Virus record (IMG/VR): IMGVR_UViG_3300029305_005724
Span: 159,866 to 223,865 of that record
Source of the DNA: a virus
Lineage: Duplodnaviria; Caudoviricetes
Direction: 5' to 3' (one strand)
DNA: 64,000 bases
Positions 31,342 through 41,517 of the stretch are shown here, one piece after another (position 1 is the stretch's first letter; every line of letters starts with the position of its first letter). Below the pieces are notes generated by a model. The model did not search any database. It was not told the DNA's origin and worked only from the letters and a program-made list of their open reading frames with translations. The position numbers and the translations under genes are program-made.

Positions 31342-33912
31342 TTAGAAGGATTTAATCAATTTCTTAATTAATCCTACCATTGTAGTCATTGTTGTAGCAT
31401 TAACTTTAATTGTAGCAGAACTAAAAGGACTTGCTTCATAATATTCTGTAAAATTAAAATCATTTTCCACTTTCATGACTTCAGATAAATAGTATTTAAA
31501 ATCATTTAAAATCTTGGCTCTTGCTTTATGAGCAGAAGAAGATTCTATTGCAAATGAAGGAAGTTTTTGGAACTTTTCAGAATGAAGCTTTTCTTCAATA
31601 AGACAAGACATCATCCATAATTTAGATAGCTCATATTTAATTCCTTCATAATTCTTAGCTTGATGATATTGTTTTAGAAGCTTGTGAGATTTTGCATATT
31701 CAGCTTCAAAATCAATCTTCTTGATATTCTTAATCAAAAGATTTCCTTCTTTATCAAACTGAATTGGAAATTCTTTGGCTTCTCCAAAAGGCCTAATATC
31801 AATAGCATCGAATAATACATTTTCTAGAATACGTCTAATAACAGGATTAGAAACAATATCAATATCCTTTTGCATTTCATATAAAGCTGAGAGATTATTG
31901 ATATTATTTATAATAGCTGTAGCGTATCCCGTTTCATTCTTAATATAAAATAGCTCTTGTTCTTTAAGAGGAGTAGCTCTTTTCGAAAGAGCATTAATAA
32001 GATTCTTCATCTTTCCAACTTCATATTTTGAAGCAAGCCCAGAATAGACAGAGTAAATTCTTTGTTCAGCACTAAGAGCTTTATTCATATCTGAAGGAGA
32101 TACCTTAGAAGGATCCTTTCCGGTAATATTAATGTCTGCAGCTTGTAGGCATCTACTTACAAATTGAGAACAGATTAGACTCCATTCCTTGTTATAAGGA
32201 ATATTGAATAAGTAAGTAAATAGGTTGATATATGAATAGCTGGTCTTTTCAGCATTATCGACAAATTTTTGAATAAATCCTTCGATATTAGCATATGCTT
32301 CTGGGCCAACAAAGAATGTATAAACGCCAATTCTACCACCTATCGGCAAATCATCAATATCTTCTTTTCTAAACCCTTGTCTTTCGTTAGTACCTTTCTT
32401 AGCAATTCCAAATGAATACATATTGTGTAACGAAGGATCAAGCGATATAGCAATATGAGAATAAATATCATGCGTAATAGTTTTGATAGCGTTAGAAAAG
32501 TAAGACTTTCCTTCTATCATGACTACATATACAGGTTTAAGATTCTTTCCACCTTCAACTACTGCTTCAGTAAGGATTTCCTTGGCCTCACAATTTTCAT
32601 AAAATTCTCCAAGGTTAATTACTTTAGCTCTAGGCTTAAAGTTTGGATTAAGACGCTGCGAAGTAATTTCTCTAGCAATCATTCTATTCCTGTCATTGAA
32701 TTCTACCTCAGGATTCCATCCTAGTTCAATAATAGACTGTTTTCTAGCATTTATCTGTGCTTCTGTAGCCGTCTCTTTCATCAAACTCAATTCATGCATT
32801 AACTGTCTAACTTTATTTATCCAGTCAGATGCATAATTAGAAAATTCTGTATAGTATCCTTTTCCTAAATGGTAATAACTATTAAACCATTCCTTTACAG
32901 TAATATCGGGAGTTAGTTCAGCATTATCGGCAATAACTCCATAGAAATTTTCTTCTGGATTGCTAGCATAAACGCCTTTATCAATCATATCGTCTGGACT
33001 AAGGAAAGGAAGTTCTCCACAATCAATACCATAATTAACTGCAGGCAAGGATCCAATATCCATTCCATCAATTACATCAGATATAATTCTATTAGTTAAG
33101 AGCTCTTCATAGATACTCTTTCTAGGAATAACTGCTTCTATAAGAGATTTTGCGGCCATATTTACAGATTCATTTTCAAGTATAGATTTGAGGTAGTTTT
33201 TCGTATCAGTACTTGTACCAGATTCTATCATATAGCCATATTTATCTGTATCATTATCAGAAAGGTCGTCTCTTAAGAATTCTCTCTTTAAATATTCATA
33301 ATGGCGAAGATTCGTTACTCCAAACAGCTCTTCACTCATCCAGTCAGATTCTCTACGATGCTTCTTAATCATCATATTAAATGCATCCCACAAAGCTTCA
33401 AGCTCTTCAATAGTTCTTGTGGGTACAATAATAGTTCTATTGGATTCTTCAGCCCATTCTTTTGCTTTTTCTACATCTTCTGTAGAATATTCTATACTAT
33501 CCAAAGGATAATAAGAATTACTATAGTCAATATACGACTCTGTAACTGGAGAAGAAGGATCTTGAATGGTTCCATTATCTTCAATGAAATCATCTAATTC
33601 AAAACTATCTCCTCCAGCTAAAGCAACTGCTCTCATTTCTTCATAGAGAGTTTGATTGGTACAACCAAATATCTCGAGGCACTTCCAGTCAGATTCTCTA
33701 CGCAATTTTTTATGCATTTGGTTAAATCTATTCCACTGCTCCTCCAAATCTTGAAGGTCTGTAGTAGGAATCATTATAACTCTATTTGCTTCACGAGACC
33801 ATATAATAGCCTCTTCAATTTTAGCCGAATCATCAATAATTTCCGGCTTCTTTTCTTTACTCAGATATTTTTCAATTCTGAGATCATCTTCCAAAATATC
33901 AAATGGCATCAC
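31342..33912 (-). CDS. Large virion-associated protein with a permuted papain-like (YiiX/NlpC-P60) amidase domain
   Basis: IKTIT..YSHIAI ... YSY ... LICSQFVSRCL; duplicated N-terminal RESDW module. Confidence 0.7.
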   Translation of the reverse strand: MMPFDILEDDLRIEKYLSKEKKPEIIDDSAKIEEAIIWSREANRVIMIPTTDLQDLEEQWNRFNQMHKKLRRESDWKCLEIFGCTNQTLYEEMRAVALAGGDSFELDDFIEDNGTIQDPSSPVTESYIDYSNSYYPLDSIEYSTEDVEKAKEWAEESNRTIIVPTRTIEELEALWDAFNMMIKKHRRESDWMSEELFGVTNLRHYEYLKREFLRDDLSDNDTDKYGYMIESGTSTDTKNYLKSILENESVNMAAKSLIEAVIPRKSIYEELLTNRIISDVIDGMDIGSLPAVNYGIDCGELPFLSPDDMIDKGVYASNPEENFYGVIADNAELTPDITVKEWFNSYYHLGKGYYTEFSNYASDWINKVRQLMHELSLMKETATEAQINARKQSIIELGWNPEVEFNDRNRMIAREITSQRLNPNFKPRAKVINLGEFYENCEAKEILTEAVVEGGKNLKPVYVVMIEGKSYFSNAIKTITHDIYSHIAISLDPSLHNMYSFGIAKKGTNERQGFRKEDIDDLPIGGRIGVYTFFVGPEAYANIEGFIQKFVDNAEKTSYSYINLFTYLFNIPYNKEWSLICSQFVSRCLQAADINITGKDPSKVSPSDMNKALSAEQRIYSVYSGLASKYEVGKMKNLINALSKRATPLKEQELFYIKNETGYATAIINNINNLSALYEMQKDIDIVSNPVIRRILENVLFDAIDIRPFGEAKEFPIQFDKEGNLLIKNIKKIDFEAEYAKSHKLLKQYHQAKNYEGIKYELSKLWMMSCLIEEKLHSEKFQKLPSFAIESSSAHKARAKILNDFKYYLSEVMKVENDFNFTEYYEASPFSSATIKVNATTMTTMVGLIKKLIKSF

Positions 33913-35311
33913 TACTAACCTCCTTCTTTGAATTATTGGAATAGATATTGTTCATGATGTCTATAATGCCAGAAGCTTCAAGACTTTCGAGATCAGAAAA
34001 ATACTCGCTAGCCATATAGAAGTCTCCATTAGTAATAGCATAGTATCCTTTTTCAGAATGACAGATAATTACATGCTCGCCGTCAGTACGAATTATATTC
34101 TTATCAAAATCCTTATCAAGCATATTTACCATAGCATTTTCAATAAGTTTACATTTCAGTTTCTGCTCTTCAGCGTCATAATACCTAAAACATTCTGTGC
34201 AAAGGATCTGATTGTTATCGATAATTTTTGAGCCTGTTAAGACTCCAATAATATCTTTAACCGTTTTAGGCGGATTAGATATTAAATCATGAATCTCTCT
34301 AATCTTATACTCTACATCAGCAGCTTCATAAACAAGAAGAGGTCCAAGCTCATATTTTGTGCGAAATGCATCTTCAACAAGAGGAAGCATTCCCTCGTCA
34401 TCATCAATGATATATTTATCAAGCTCGCTATCTGTATATGCAAATCCCGAAAATACTCCATTCATTCCATAAGGAACCACATAAGCAACAGGAGGTCTAT
34501 GCGGAGGCAATCCTCCAACCTCTTCATTTATATGAATCTTCATATTGGGATTGTCTGAAGTTATAGCTTCGTTTTTAATATCTGCTAAAATATCAAGGAG
34601 CTGGGCAAAATTATTATCAGTAAGTCTGACATAATTGAAAGTCCCTAGCTTTGTTATCATGACTTCTTTAGCAGCTTGCTTGCTTCTATAAACAGGCATA
34701 CTTCTAGTATTAGGATTTGAGCCGCCGTCTTTAACTTCTATAAGAAGATTTGCTGGTATATAGTAGATATCAGTAATCCACTTATGAATTTGGCCCTCAA
34801 ATTCATATTCTAATACTGGTCCAGGTGCTTGAATGTCTTTAGAAGGAATATTAAGGACCTTATCCATAAATTCAAGAGCATTCTTTTCGTATAATCCTGT
34901 ATACGTCATCTTAGCTCCATCAGTAAATGTATAAGTTCCGGAAATACGTCTGCCAGCAAGCATTTTTTCTTGCTGTTCAGGCTCATTTAAAAGAGTAGGT
35001 TTGTTATAAACCCTAAGATGTCTTTCAAGAGCTATTTCTCTAACTCTTGCCTTACATTTAGGATTATCACAAAGATTTCTATATCTATTGATTTTATCAT
35101 TCCACTCATATACAGGCTCTTTGCAAATCATACATAATCCATAATTTTTACCATTTATAGAATCGTATACCGCTCTAGCTGCCGTATAATTATCGGGAAT
35201 GAGATCATCATGCAGCTTATCTACATGCTCTACAAGTTCACCCCTAGTAGCTTTAAAGTTACAGTATGGACACTTGTATTTTCTTGAGGTTTTATAGTTT
35301 GGTTTACTCAT
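33899..35311 (-). CDS. Zn-finger plus PD-(D/E)xK (TnsA/T4 gp4-like) nuclease
   Basis: CPYC..H..H, CMIC and CDNPKC; YE..H.WITDIY..LIEVKD; late promoter at 35340-35351. Confidence 0.7.
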   Translation of the reverse strand: MSKPNYKTSRKYKCPYCNFKATRGELVEHVDKLHDDLIPDNYTAARAVYDSINGKNYGLCMICKEPVYEWNDKINRYRNLCDNPKCKARVREIALERHLRVYNKPTLLNEPEQQEKMLAGRRISGTYTFTDGAKMTYTGLYEKNALEFMDKVLNIPSKDIQAPGPVLEYEFEGQIHKWITDIYYIPANLLIEVKDGGSNPNTRSMPVYRSKQAAKEVMITKLGTFNYVRLTDNNFAQLLDILADIKNEAITSDNPNMKIHINEEVGGLPPHRPPVAYVVPYGMNGVFSGFAYTDSELDKYIIDDDEGMLPLVEDAFRTKYELGPLLVYEAADVEYKIREIHDLISNPPKTVKDIIGVLTGSKIIDNNQILCTECFRYYDAEEQKLKCKLIENAMVNMLDKDFDKNIIRTDGEHVIICHSEKGYYAITNGDFYMASEYFSDLESLEASGIIDIMNNIYSNNSKKEVSSDAI

Positions 35312-35364
35312 ATCTCAAACCTCCTATTATTTTAATTATTATCAGTATGTTGAGGGTGCCAAAA

Positions 35365-35547
35365 AGAAAAAAGAAGAGACAGTTATACCGTCTCTTCCTT
35401 GACAAATGAGATATAAAAGCGGAGATATATCGAAAAAGGAGGTCTACATGAACAAAAATGAGCAGGAAAATGTCACATATCCAAACACAACGAAAGGAAA
35501 AACAAAACTTTGCAAGCAAAACGTAAAAACTCGATTATCTCTCTTTT
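35365..35547 (-). ncRNA. Candidate small RNA
   Basis: Late promoter AACA-N6-TA at 35558-35547; terminator 35373-35397 with U tract; no RBS-supported ORF on this strand. Confidence 0.5.
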
Positions 35548-35639
35548 ATTTATATGTTATAATCATTCTTTTACGTGTGTATTTTTTAACAACTACAACA
35601 CAATATTAAAAATTTACCAAAAATTTAGGTGGTGAATAT

Positions 35640-36020
35640 ATGGCAATTCAAGAATTTTTATTTTCAATTGATGACTTTCAAAATCCTAAGATTGTTGAAG
35701 GTCCTGAAGCTGTAGCCACTCTTCTTGTAAGATTGCTACTTCTTGAACCTGGAACTATTCAATCTCACCCCGATGCTGGAGTTGGACTTATGTCTAGATA
35801 TAGATATAGTCAGGAAGGCATTGCGGAAGAACTCAAATCTGATTTTAAAAATCAGATCGAAACCTATTTACCTCAATTTTCTCAAACGCAGATTACTGTA
35901 ACAGAACGAGATAAACAGTTGCAGATTACTGCAGAAATTGATGGAAATCTTTATGGTATCAATTATGATTCAGATACAAACGAAATCAAAACAAATTATG
36001 CAAGTTTGAATGATCTTTAA
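35640..36020 (+). CDS. Baseplate wedge gp25-like protein
   Basis: LLLLEPGT..HPDAGVGL..QIETYLP; late promoter at 35597-35608. Confidence 0.75.
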   Translation: MAIQEFLFSIDDFQNPKIVEGPEAVATLLVRLLLLEPGTIQSHPDAGVGLMSRYRYSQEGIAEELKSDFKNQIETYLPQFSQTQITVTERDKQLQITAEIDGNLYGINYDSDTNEIKTNYASLNDL

Positions 36021-36034
36021 GGAGGAAATTAATC

Positions 36035-37696
36035 ATGTCTGAGAACAAGAATGTTTCGCTGGGTGATATGATGGACAGAGCTCCTCGTACATCCACTATT
36101 GATCTCACTGTTAAACCTACGAAGCCTGCAGAAAGTGCAATTCCTACTCCTGTATCTCTTGATAATATGGAGAGAGTTGATGTGGCTTCTATTCTCCCTA
36201 AGAAGGAGGAAGTATCCGATGCTGGAGATGAGCTCTTTGCAGAGCTTGATGCAGCTGTCGATAAGGAATGCCAGAGTATTACTGAGCGCATGGAAGCAAT
36301 CAGAGAAGCTCAGGCAGATGAAATTGATCGTAGAGATGAAGAAGCTTATCTAGCCGATGTAGATAGCAGCGATAAGACCAGTACTACTTCTACCTCTACA
36401 AATGATGATGAGGATTTTGGTCTTTATGATGATAAAGATGTTGAAATCCCTGCAGTTAAGACTTCTGTAACTAGAGCTGCTATTAGAGTTCCTCAGAAGG
36501 AGGAATCTACTACAACTGCTACTGAAGAATCTGCTACTGTAGTTGCAAATACTGCAGATGATGAAAAGGCAGAAATCGAATCTGAAAGAGCATCTATTCT
36601 GGCGAATACTAAGGATTTTGATCTCTTTGGTGATGATGATGAAGATGATGCTGATTCTACTATCGATGACGGTTCTAATGAGAGAAGAATCGAAGAGCTT
36701 AAGGCTGAAGTAAAGGAGAAGATTCAGCCTATTAAGAAGGCTTATGACCTTTCCAAGTTCTCTATTTCTAAGAAAGCTGTAAGTATTTCTAAGGTTATGA
36801 AGATGGCTACTCAGGGTAATGTAAATGTAGCTGACTGGGTTCTGTATGGAGCTAAGCGTCCTTTCTCTGCTACCGCTTTGTCCGGACCTGAGATTCTTAA
36901 GCTTAACCCTGATAATACAAATCGTAATAGACTTAATACTTTCCGCGATATGTATCGTGTTATTTATGATCATATTCTTGATGCAAATAAGCCTGACTTC
37001 GAAGTTTGGCTCAAGCAGACAAGATTTATTGACATGACTCATATTTATTTCGGTCTTTATAAGGCAACCTTTGGTGGCTCTAATTTCGTAAACTACAGCT
37101 GCCCCAATTGTGGTAAGATCTTCCTTAGAGACGTAAGTTTTGAGGATATGATCGTATACGCCGATGATAAGGTTAAGAAGGAAGTTCAGGATATGCTGAA
37201 GATGGATACTACTTCTGCTAGCAATGATAGTTATGAAGTTGACCTTGTTCAGGTATCTAATGATTATGTATTTGCACTTCGTACTCCTTCTATCTGGAAT
37301 GTTATTATCGAGACCGCAAGCCTCAATGACCAGTTCCTTGAGAAGCATCAGGATCTCATCGATGTTGTGGCATTTATCGATACCATTTACGTTATTGATG
37401 AGGCTAATGAGACCCTTATTCCTATTGATACTAAGCCGGATCCGAATGACCAGGCTAAGACTTCCGCTCGTCGTGTGAAGGCTTTCTATGATGTCATTCG
37501 CACCCTTAGCTCCGAGGACTTCTATCTCCTCAGAAGCAAGATTAATGGCTATGATAATGACAGTAGTGCCATTTCTTATCGTATTCCCGCTACTACTTGC
37601 CCCGAGTGTGCAACTGCTATTCCCGAGAATACTGAAATGACGCCTGACGGCATGCTTTTTACACGGCATCAGTTGGCAGCTATCGGCAGTATGTAG
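36035..37696 (+). CDS. Tail/baseplate assembly chaperone (gp26/gpG-like) with acidic disordered N-terminus
   Basis: D..IYFGLYKATF, CPNC and CPEC zinc motifs; C-terminal LF. Confidence 0.65.
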   Translation: MSENKNVSLGDMMDRAPRTSTIDLTVKPTKPAESAIPTPVSLDNMERVDVASILPKKEEVSDAGDELFAELDAAVDKECQSITERMEAIREAQADEIDRRDEEAYLADVDSSDKTSTTSTSTNDDEDFGLYDDKDVEIPAVKTSVTRAAIRVPQKEESTTTATEESATVVANTADDEKAEIESERASILANTKDFDLFGDDDEDDADSTIDDGSNERRIEELKAEVKEKIQPIKKAYDLSKFSISKKAVSISKVMKMATQGNVNVADWVLYGAKRPFSATALSGPEILKLNPDNTNRNRLNTFRDMYRVIYDHILDANKPDFEVWLKQTRFIDMTHIYFGLYKATFGGSNFVNYSCPNCGKIFLRDVSFEDMIVYADDKVKKEVQDMLKMDTTSASNDSYEVDLVQVSNDYVFALRTPSIWNVIIETASLNDQFLEKHQDLIDVVAFIDTIYVIDEANETLIPIDTKPDPNDQAKTSARRVKAFYDVIRTLSSEDFYLLRSKINGYDNDSSAISYRIPATTCPECATAIPENTEMTPDGMLFTRHQLAAIGSM

Positions 37697-38037
37697 AATA
37701 CGTCGAGACGATTGCCACCTATTTAAAAGGTCGTGTAAGCGTCTTAGATTTAATGGAACGCCCGTTCCGAGAGCTGCATGAACTCTATAAAATTGTCCTT
37801 GAAAGAGCTGAGGCACAAGCTAAGGCTGAGGAGGAAAGAAAGAAACAAGAAGAAGAGGAACGTAAAGCTGAAGAACGGGCTAACCGTGGAGGAAAGCCGT
37901 ATATTCCAACTAGGCCGTATAATCCATCTGATGAAAGACAACAAACGAAACCCGCAGACAAAGCTCCAATCGCGGCTCCATTAGAAGCCGAAGCCCTCGA
38001 AGATGCCTTCGAAGACATGGCAGATGGAGGATTTTAA
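37648..38037 (+). CDS. GT/gp51-like chaperone extension, probably reached by -1 frameshift
   Basis: The -1 frame is open from 37648; CTTTTTA at 37655; S..DLM..PF.E..LY pattern; ATG 37753 lacks an SD. Confidence 0.6.
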   Translation, partial: RHAFYTASVGSYRQYVEYVETIATYLKGRVSVLDLMERPFRELHELYKIVLERAEAQAKAEEERKKQEEEERKAEERANRGGKPYIPTRPYNPSDERQQTKPADKAPIAAPLEAEALEDAFEDMADGGF

Positions 38038-38055
38038 AATACAATAAGGAGGCTA

Positions 38056-38367
38056 ATGAAGCCGATGAATACAGCAAATTTTATCCAAAACTTCAGTTCG
38101 GATAATCTTTCGCTTGTTGTAACCAGATTTTTTGATGAGATAATGGTTCTTTACAATCTTGTCGGTCATAGACAGGATTTGAATATATATGCAGATAATG
38201 ACTCTCCAGTAGCAACCTTTACAATTGTAATGGATAGCGAAGAGGATGCTGATGCTCTATTCAACAGTTTAAATGGATCATCGTTCTCTGTCTATAATAA
38301 TGATTACAATATCGATATGACATTATCCGGCGTTAAAGTAATCACAACTATTAAAGCTGCCTCTTAA
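38056..38367 (+). CDS. Hypothetical protein
   Basis: AAGGAGG RBS; terminator at 38353-38379. Confidence 0.8.
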   Translation: MKPMNTANFIQNFSSDNLSLVVTRFFDEIMVLYNLVGHRQDLNIYADNDSPVATFTIVMDSEEDADALFNSLNGSSFSVYNNDYNIDMTLSGVKVITTIKAAS

Positions 38368-38439
38368 TGAGGCAGCTTTTTGCTTTTGTCAACGTCGCGA
38401 TTTAATGTCTTCACATATTATTAAGAGAGGTGATGCAAA

Positions 38440-39903
38440 ATGGCAGATATATTTTCTGGTGATCATCTCAGAGTTAATCTGATAGATCCTGAAAGATTAG
38501 TCAAAGTAAATGATCTTAAAGAGATTACAAATCCTGTTTTCTTTGTAAGGAATTCTGTTCCTACACCAGATGGATTGCTATCTAATGAGATCTTTGGAAT
38601 TACTAAGTATGATAGAGCTAATACCTTTGCATATATTGATCTTGGTGAATACTTCTTAAATCCTTTAATTTATAAAATGTGGGTCAAGGTAGATTCTGCA
38701 ATTAAAGATTGTATTCATGGCATTAAGACCTTCAAGATCAATGATAAAGGTGAATTAGTCGAAGACCCTGATGGAGAAAATGGTATTGCATTTCTTCATA
38801 AAAATATTGATAAGATAAAATTTAAACGGACAGATTCTAGACAGCGTGATATGAGAGTTCAATTTCTTGAAAAGTATATTGGACAGCCGGAAATGTTTAT
38901 TAAGAAATTTATAGTATGTCCTGCATACTATAGAGACGTTAATACAGAAAAAGGCCATGTCTCTGTTGGAGCTATTAATGAATTATATAGAAATCTTCTT
39001 ATTTTTGTTAAAGCTCTTAAAGAATCTTCAGAATATGGATTAAACCTCAATGCAGCTACTCGTGGTCGTGTACAAGAAACGCTTGTACAAATCTATGATT
39101 GGTTTGGATCTGGTACTACTATTGGTGGTGAGAAAACCACTAATATTATTCCAGGAAAGACTGGCGTACTTCGTAGAGCTGTTATGAGTAAAACAACAGA
39201 CTATGCTTCTCGTCTTGTTCTTTCGGCTCCTGAACTGAAGGTTGAAAAACTAGATGATGTAGAAGCAGATTTGGATTATTCTGTTCTTCCTTTGGCTTCA
39301 GCATGCGTAAATTTCCTTCCCTTTATGGTTTATAATGTAAGGCGTTTCTTTGAGAATGAATTCTCTGGAGATGCTGTTATTCCATATGTCAAAGGAGGTA
39401 AAGTTACATACTTACATCCAAAGGATTACCAAGTAGAATTCTCTGATGAGAGAATTAAGAAAGAGATTGATAGATTTTGTACAGGCTTCTCAAATCGTTT
39501 TATTCCTATCGAAGTTCCTACTGTAGAAGGAATTACCGTAAGACTAAGATTTAAAGGCCATAATATGACCGCAGAAGAGTATGCAAAATCTGATGTTGGA
39601 AAATTGCCTATAATGGAAAGAGATTTAACTTGGTGCGACATATTATATCAAGCAGCAGTGGAATCTGTGAAAGATAGACATATACTAATTACCAGGTATC
39701 CTATAGATTCCTATTTCAATCAGTTCCCAACAAAGGTTAAAATTTCTTCAACAACAATTACTGAGCCAATGGTACTTGGTTCTAGGTTTTATAAAAATTA
39801 TCCAAAAATCCGTCAAGATGATATAGGAAAAGATACATCAAATAGATTTATTGATACACTTAATATAAGTAATTTGTATCTTGAAGGTATCGGCGGCGAC
39901 TAT
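38440..39903 (+). CDS. rpoC: RNA polymerase beta' N-terminal subunit (probably virion RNAP), exon 1
   Basis: DGLLSNEIFG, AYIDL, GKTGVLR..MSKTTDYASRLV, ITRYP and GGDY motifs; spliced product would be 555 aa. Confidence 0.9.
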
Positions 39904-40794
39904 AAACCTCACCATTGTAGTCGTAAAACCTCTTGAATTGCTGGAAACCTAAACATGTCTATATATTATAATATAGAATGCATGGCAATCAGCAGCTAAG
40001 GATCAAGAAAATGGAGGTGATATATAGATGCTAATACAACCCATGATATTCGAAGAATGGAAAGATATAAATTTTCTCGGAATAAAAGAAAATCAATATT
40101 TGATTAGCAATTTTGGTCGAGTATTTAGCAAAGTAATTAATCGACCACTAAAACCAGCTATAAGTAATGGATATTTTACAGTGCAATTATCATTACAAAA
40201 AGGCGGAAGAGCATCATTTTATATCCATAGATTGGTTGCAATAGCATTTATTGAAAATTCAAATCCTACATTATTAACTGAAGTTAATCATAAAAATTTA
40301 AAAAGATATGATAATTTATCTGAAAATTTGGAATGGGTTACTAAAGAAGAAAATATTTTACATGAATTAGCTAATAAAAATCATAATCAAGATCAGCTAC
40401 AAGCGTCCAAATACTGGTCTGATGGTTATTCTACTTATGGAGAAAATAATGGTATGTCGAAATTAAAAGAAGCAGAAGTTCGAATAATGTTATCAGCTAT
40501 CGAAAATGGAGCTTCTTATAAGGATGCTATTATTGCCGCAGGATTAGAGCCTACGGAAAATATGAGATATAATTTATCGCATATAGCTAGAGGCCACAGA
40601 TGGAAGCATGTAAGCAAAGAGTACAATATTCCAAAAATAATACCATTCAGTTAAAATTGATCAAAGTTCAGAGACTATCCGTAAGGAGTAGGAATACAAG
40701 CATATGGTATTTCGAAGCAGGAGGGCAGAAATGCATGATATAGTCCGACACTCATAGAAATATGAGATTGATTTTGCGAATCATAAACTTTTAG
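39904..40794 (+). mobile_element. Group I intron (IA-like) within the DYDGD motif, carrying an HNH endonuclease
   Basis: P1 CGACTAT/GTAGTCG with U-G at the splice site; P10 TCACCAT/ATGGTGA; P 39936, Q 39987, R 40667, S 40735; terminal G at 40794. Confidence 0.95.
40028..40654 (+). CDS. NUMOD4-HNH homing endonuclease (intron-encoded)
   Basis: EEWKDI..YLISNFGRV; HRLVA.AF..VNHKN..DN..NLEWVT..EN..H; GENNGMSKL. Confidence 0.95.
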   Translation: MLIQPMIFEEWKDINFLGIKENQYLISNFGRVFSKVINRPLKPAISNGYFTVQLSLQKGGRASFYIHRLVAIAFIENSNPTLLTEVNHKNLKRYDNLSENLEWVTKEENILHELANKNHNQDQLQASKYWSDGYSTYGENNGMSKLKEAEVRIMLSAIENGASYKDAIIAAGLEPTENMRYNLSHIARGHRWKHVSKEYNIPKIIPFS

Positions 40795-40998
40795 GATGGT
40801 GACCAAACAACTGTAAAAGGCGTTTTCTCTGAAGAAGCTAATGAAGAACTTGCAGAACAACTTAATAGCAAGGCTCATTTCTTTACTCTTGGAGGAAGAG
40901 GCATTAGAAAGTCTGATAAAGAAGCTATGCAAAGTTTGTACAATCTTACCCTTTGTCTTGATGCTGACAAATCTAAACTTTCCGATCCTGTATTTTAA
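40795..40998 (+). CDS. rpoC: RNA polymerase beta' N-terminal subunit, exon 2
   Basis: Reads DGDQTTVKGVFSEEANEELAEQLNSKAHFF...PVF*, completing DYDGD in frame; terminator at 41006-41033. Confidence 0.92.
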   Translation, partial: DGDQTTVKGVFSEEANEELAEQLNSKAHFFTLGGRGIRKSDKEAMQSLYNLTLCLDADKSKLSDPVF

Positions 40999-41094
40999 AA
41001 TATTTAAGGCTAGCATTTTTCTATGCTAGCCTTTTATTTTTTGACTATATACTATAACTATGAATAAAAATAAATTTCAAAGGAGAATGAATTT

Positions 41095-41517
41095 ATGAAA
41101 TTAGTAGCAAAATTTGTTAACAAACGAACAGATGAAACAAAAGCACAAATTCTATTCTTAGAGGATAGCGATTTGCAGGGTATGATTGTAGAAGGTCATA
41201 TTCCTCCTAGATACCTTGTAGTTGATTTTGAGCTAGAGTCAAAAGACGTAAATGACTACAAGACATATTTTTCCAAATCTGTTGTTGAAAAGAAGCTGTT
41301 TAAGCTTTGCTCATCATTGTGTGAAGCGAAAGAATATTTAGCCGCAGCTGTATCTAGTACAGCAAACTTAAAAGCTAGAAGGATTCTCTTTGAGCTAATG
41401 AATACGTGGCATACCGCAGACGATAGCGCTAAAGATTTACAAAAAGTTCAAGAGATGATCGGAAATGCTTTTGATGAACTAAATTTTGATTGTTATTTTA
41501 AGGAGTATCTATACTAA
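41095..41517 (+). CDS. Hypothetical early protein, paralog array member 1
   Basis: AAGGAG RBS; early motif at 41045. Confidence 0.8.
   Translation: MKLVAKFVNKRTDETKAQILFLEDSDLQGMIVEGHIPPRYLVVDFELESKDVNDYKTYFSKSVVEKKLFKLCSSLCEAKEYLAAAVSSTANLKARRILFELMNTWHTADDSAKDLQKVQEMIGNAFDELNFDCYFKEYLY

Noticed and set aside
36350-37816. 488-aa antisense ORF (also 28074..28901 and 2512..3279)
   Set aside because: Same codon-bias shadow effect opposite real genes
40841-41029. 62-aa ORF after the intron
   Set aside because: Wrong frame; the real coding frame is RNAP exon 2 (40795-40998)
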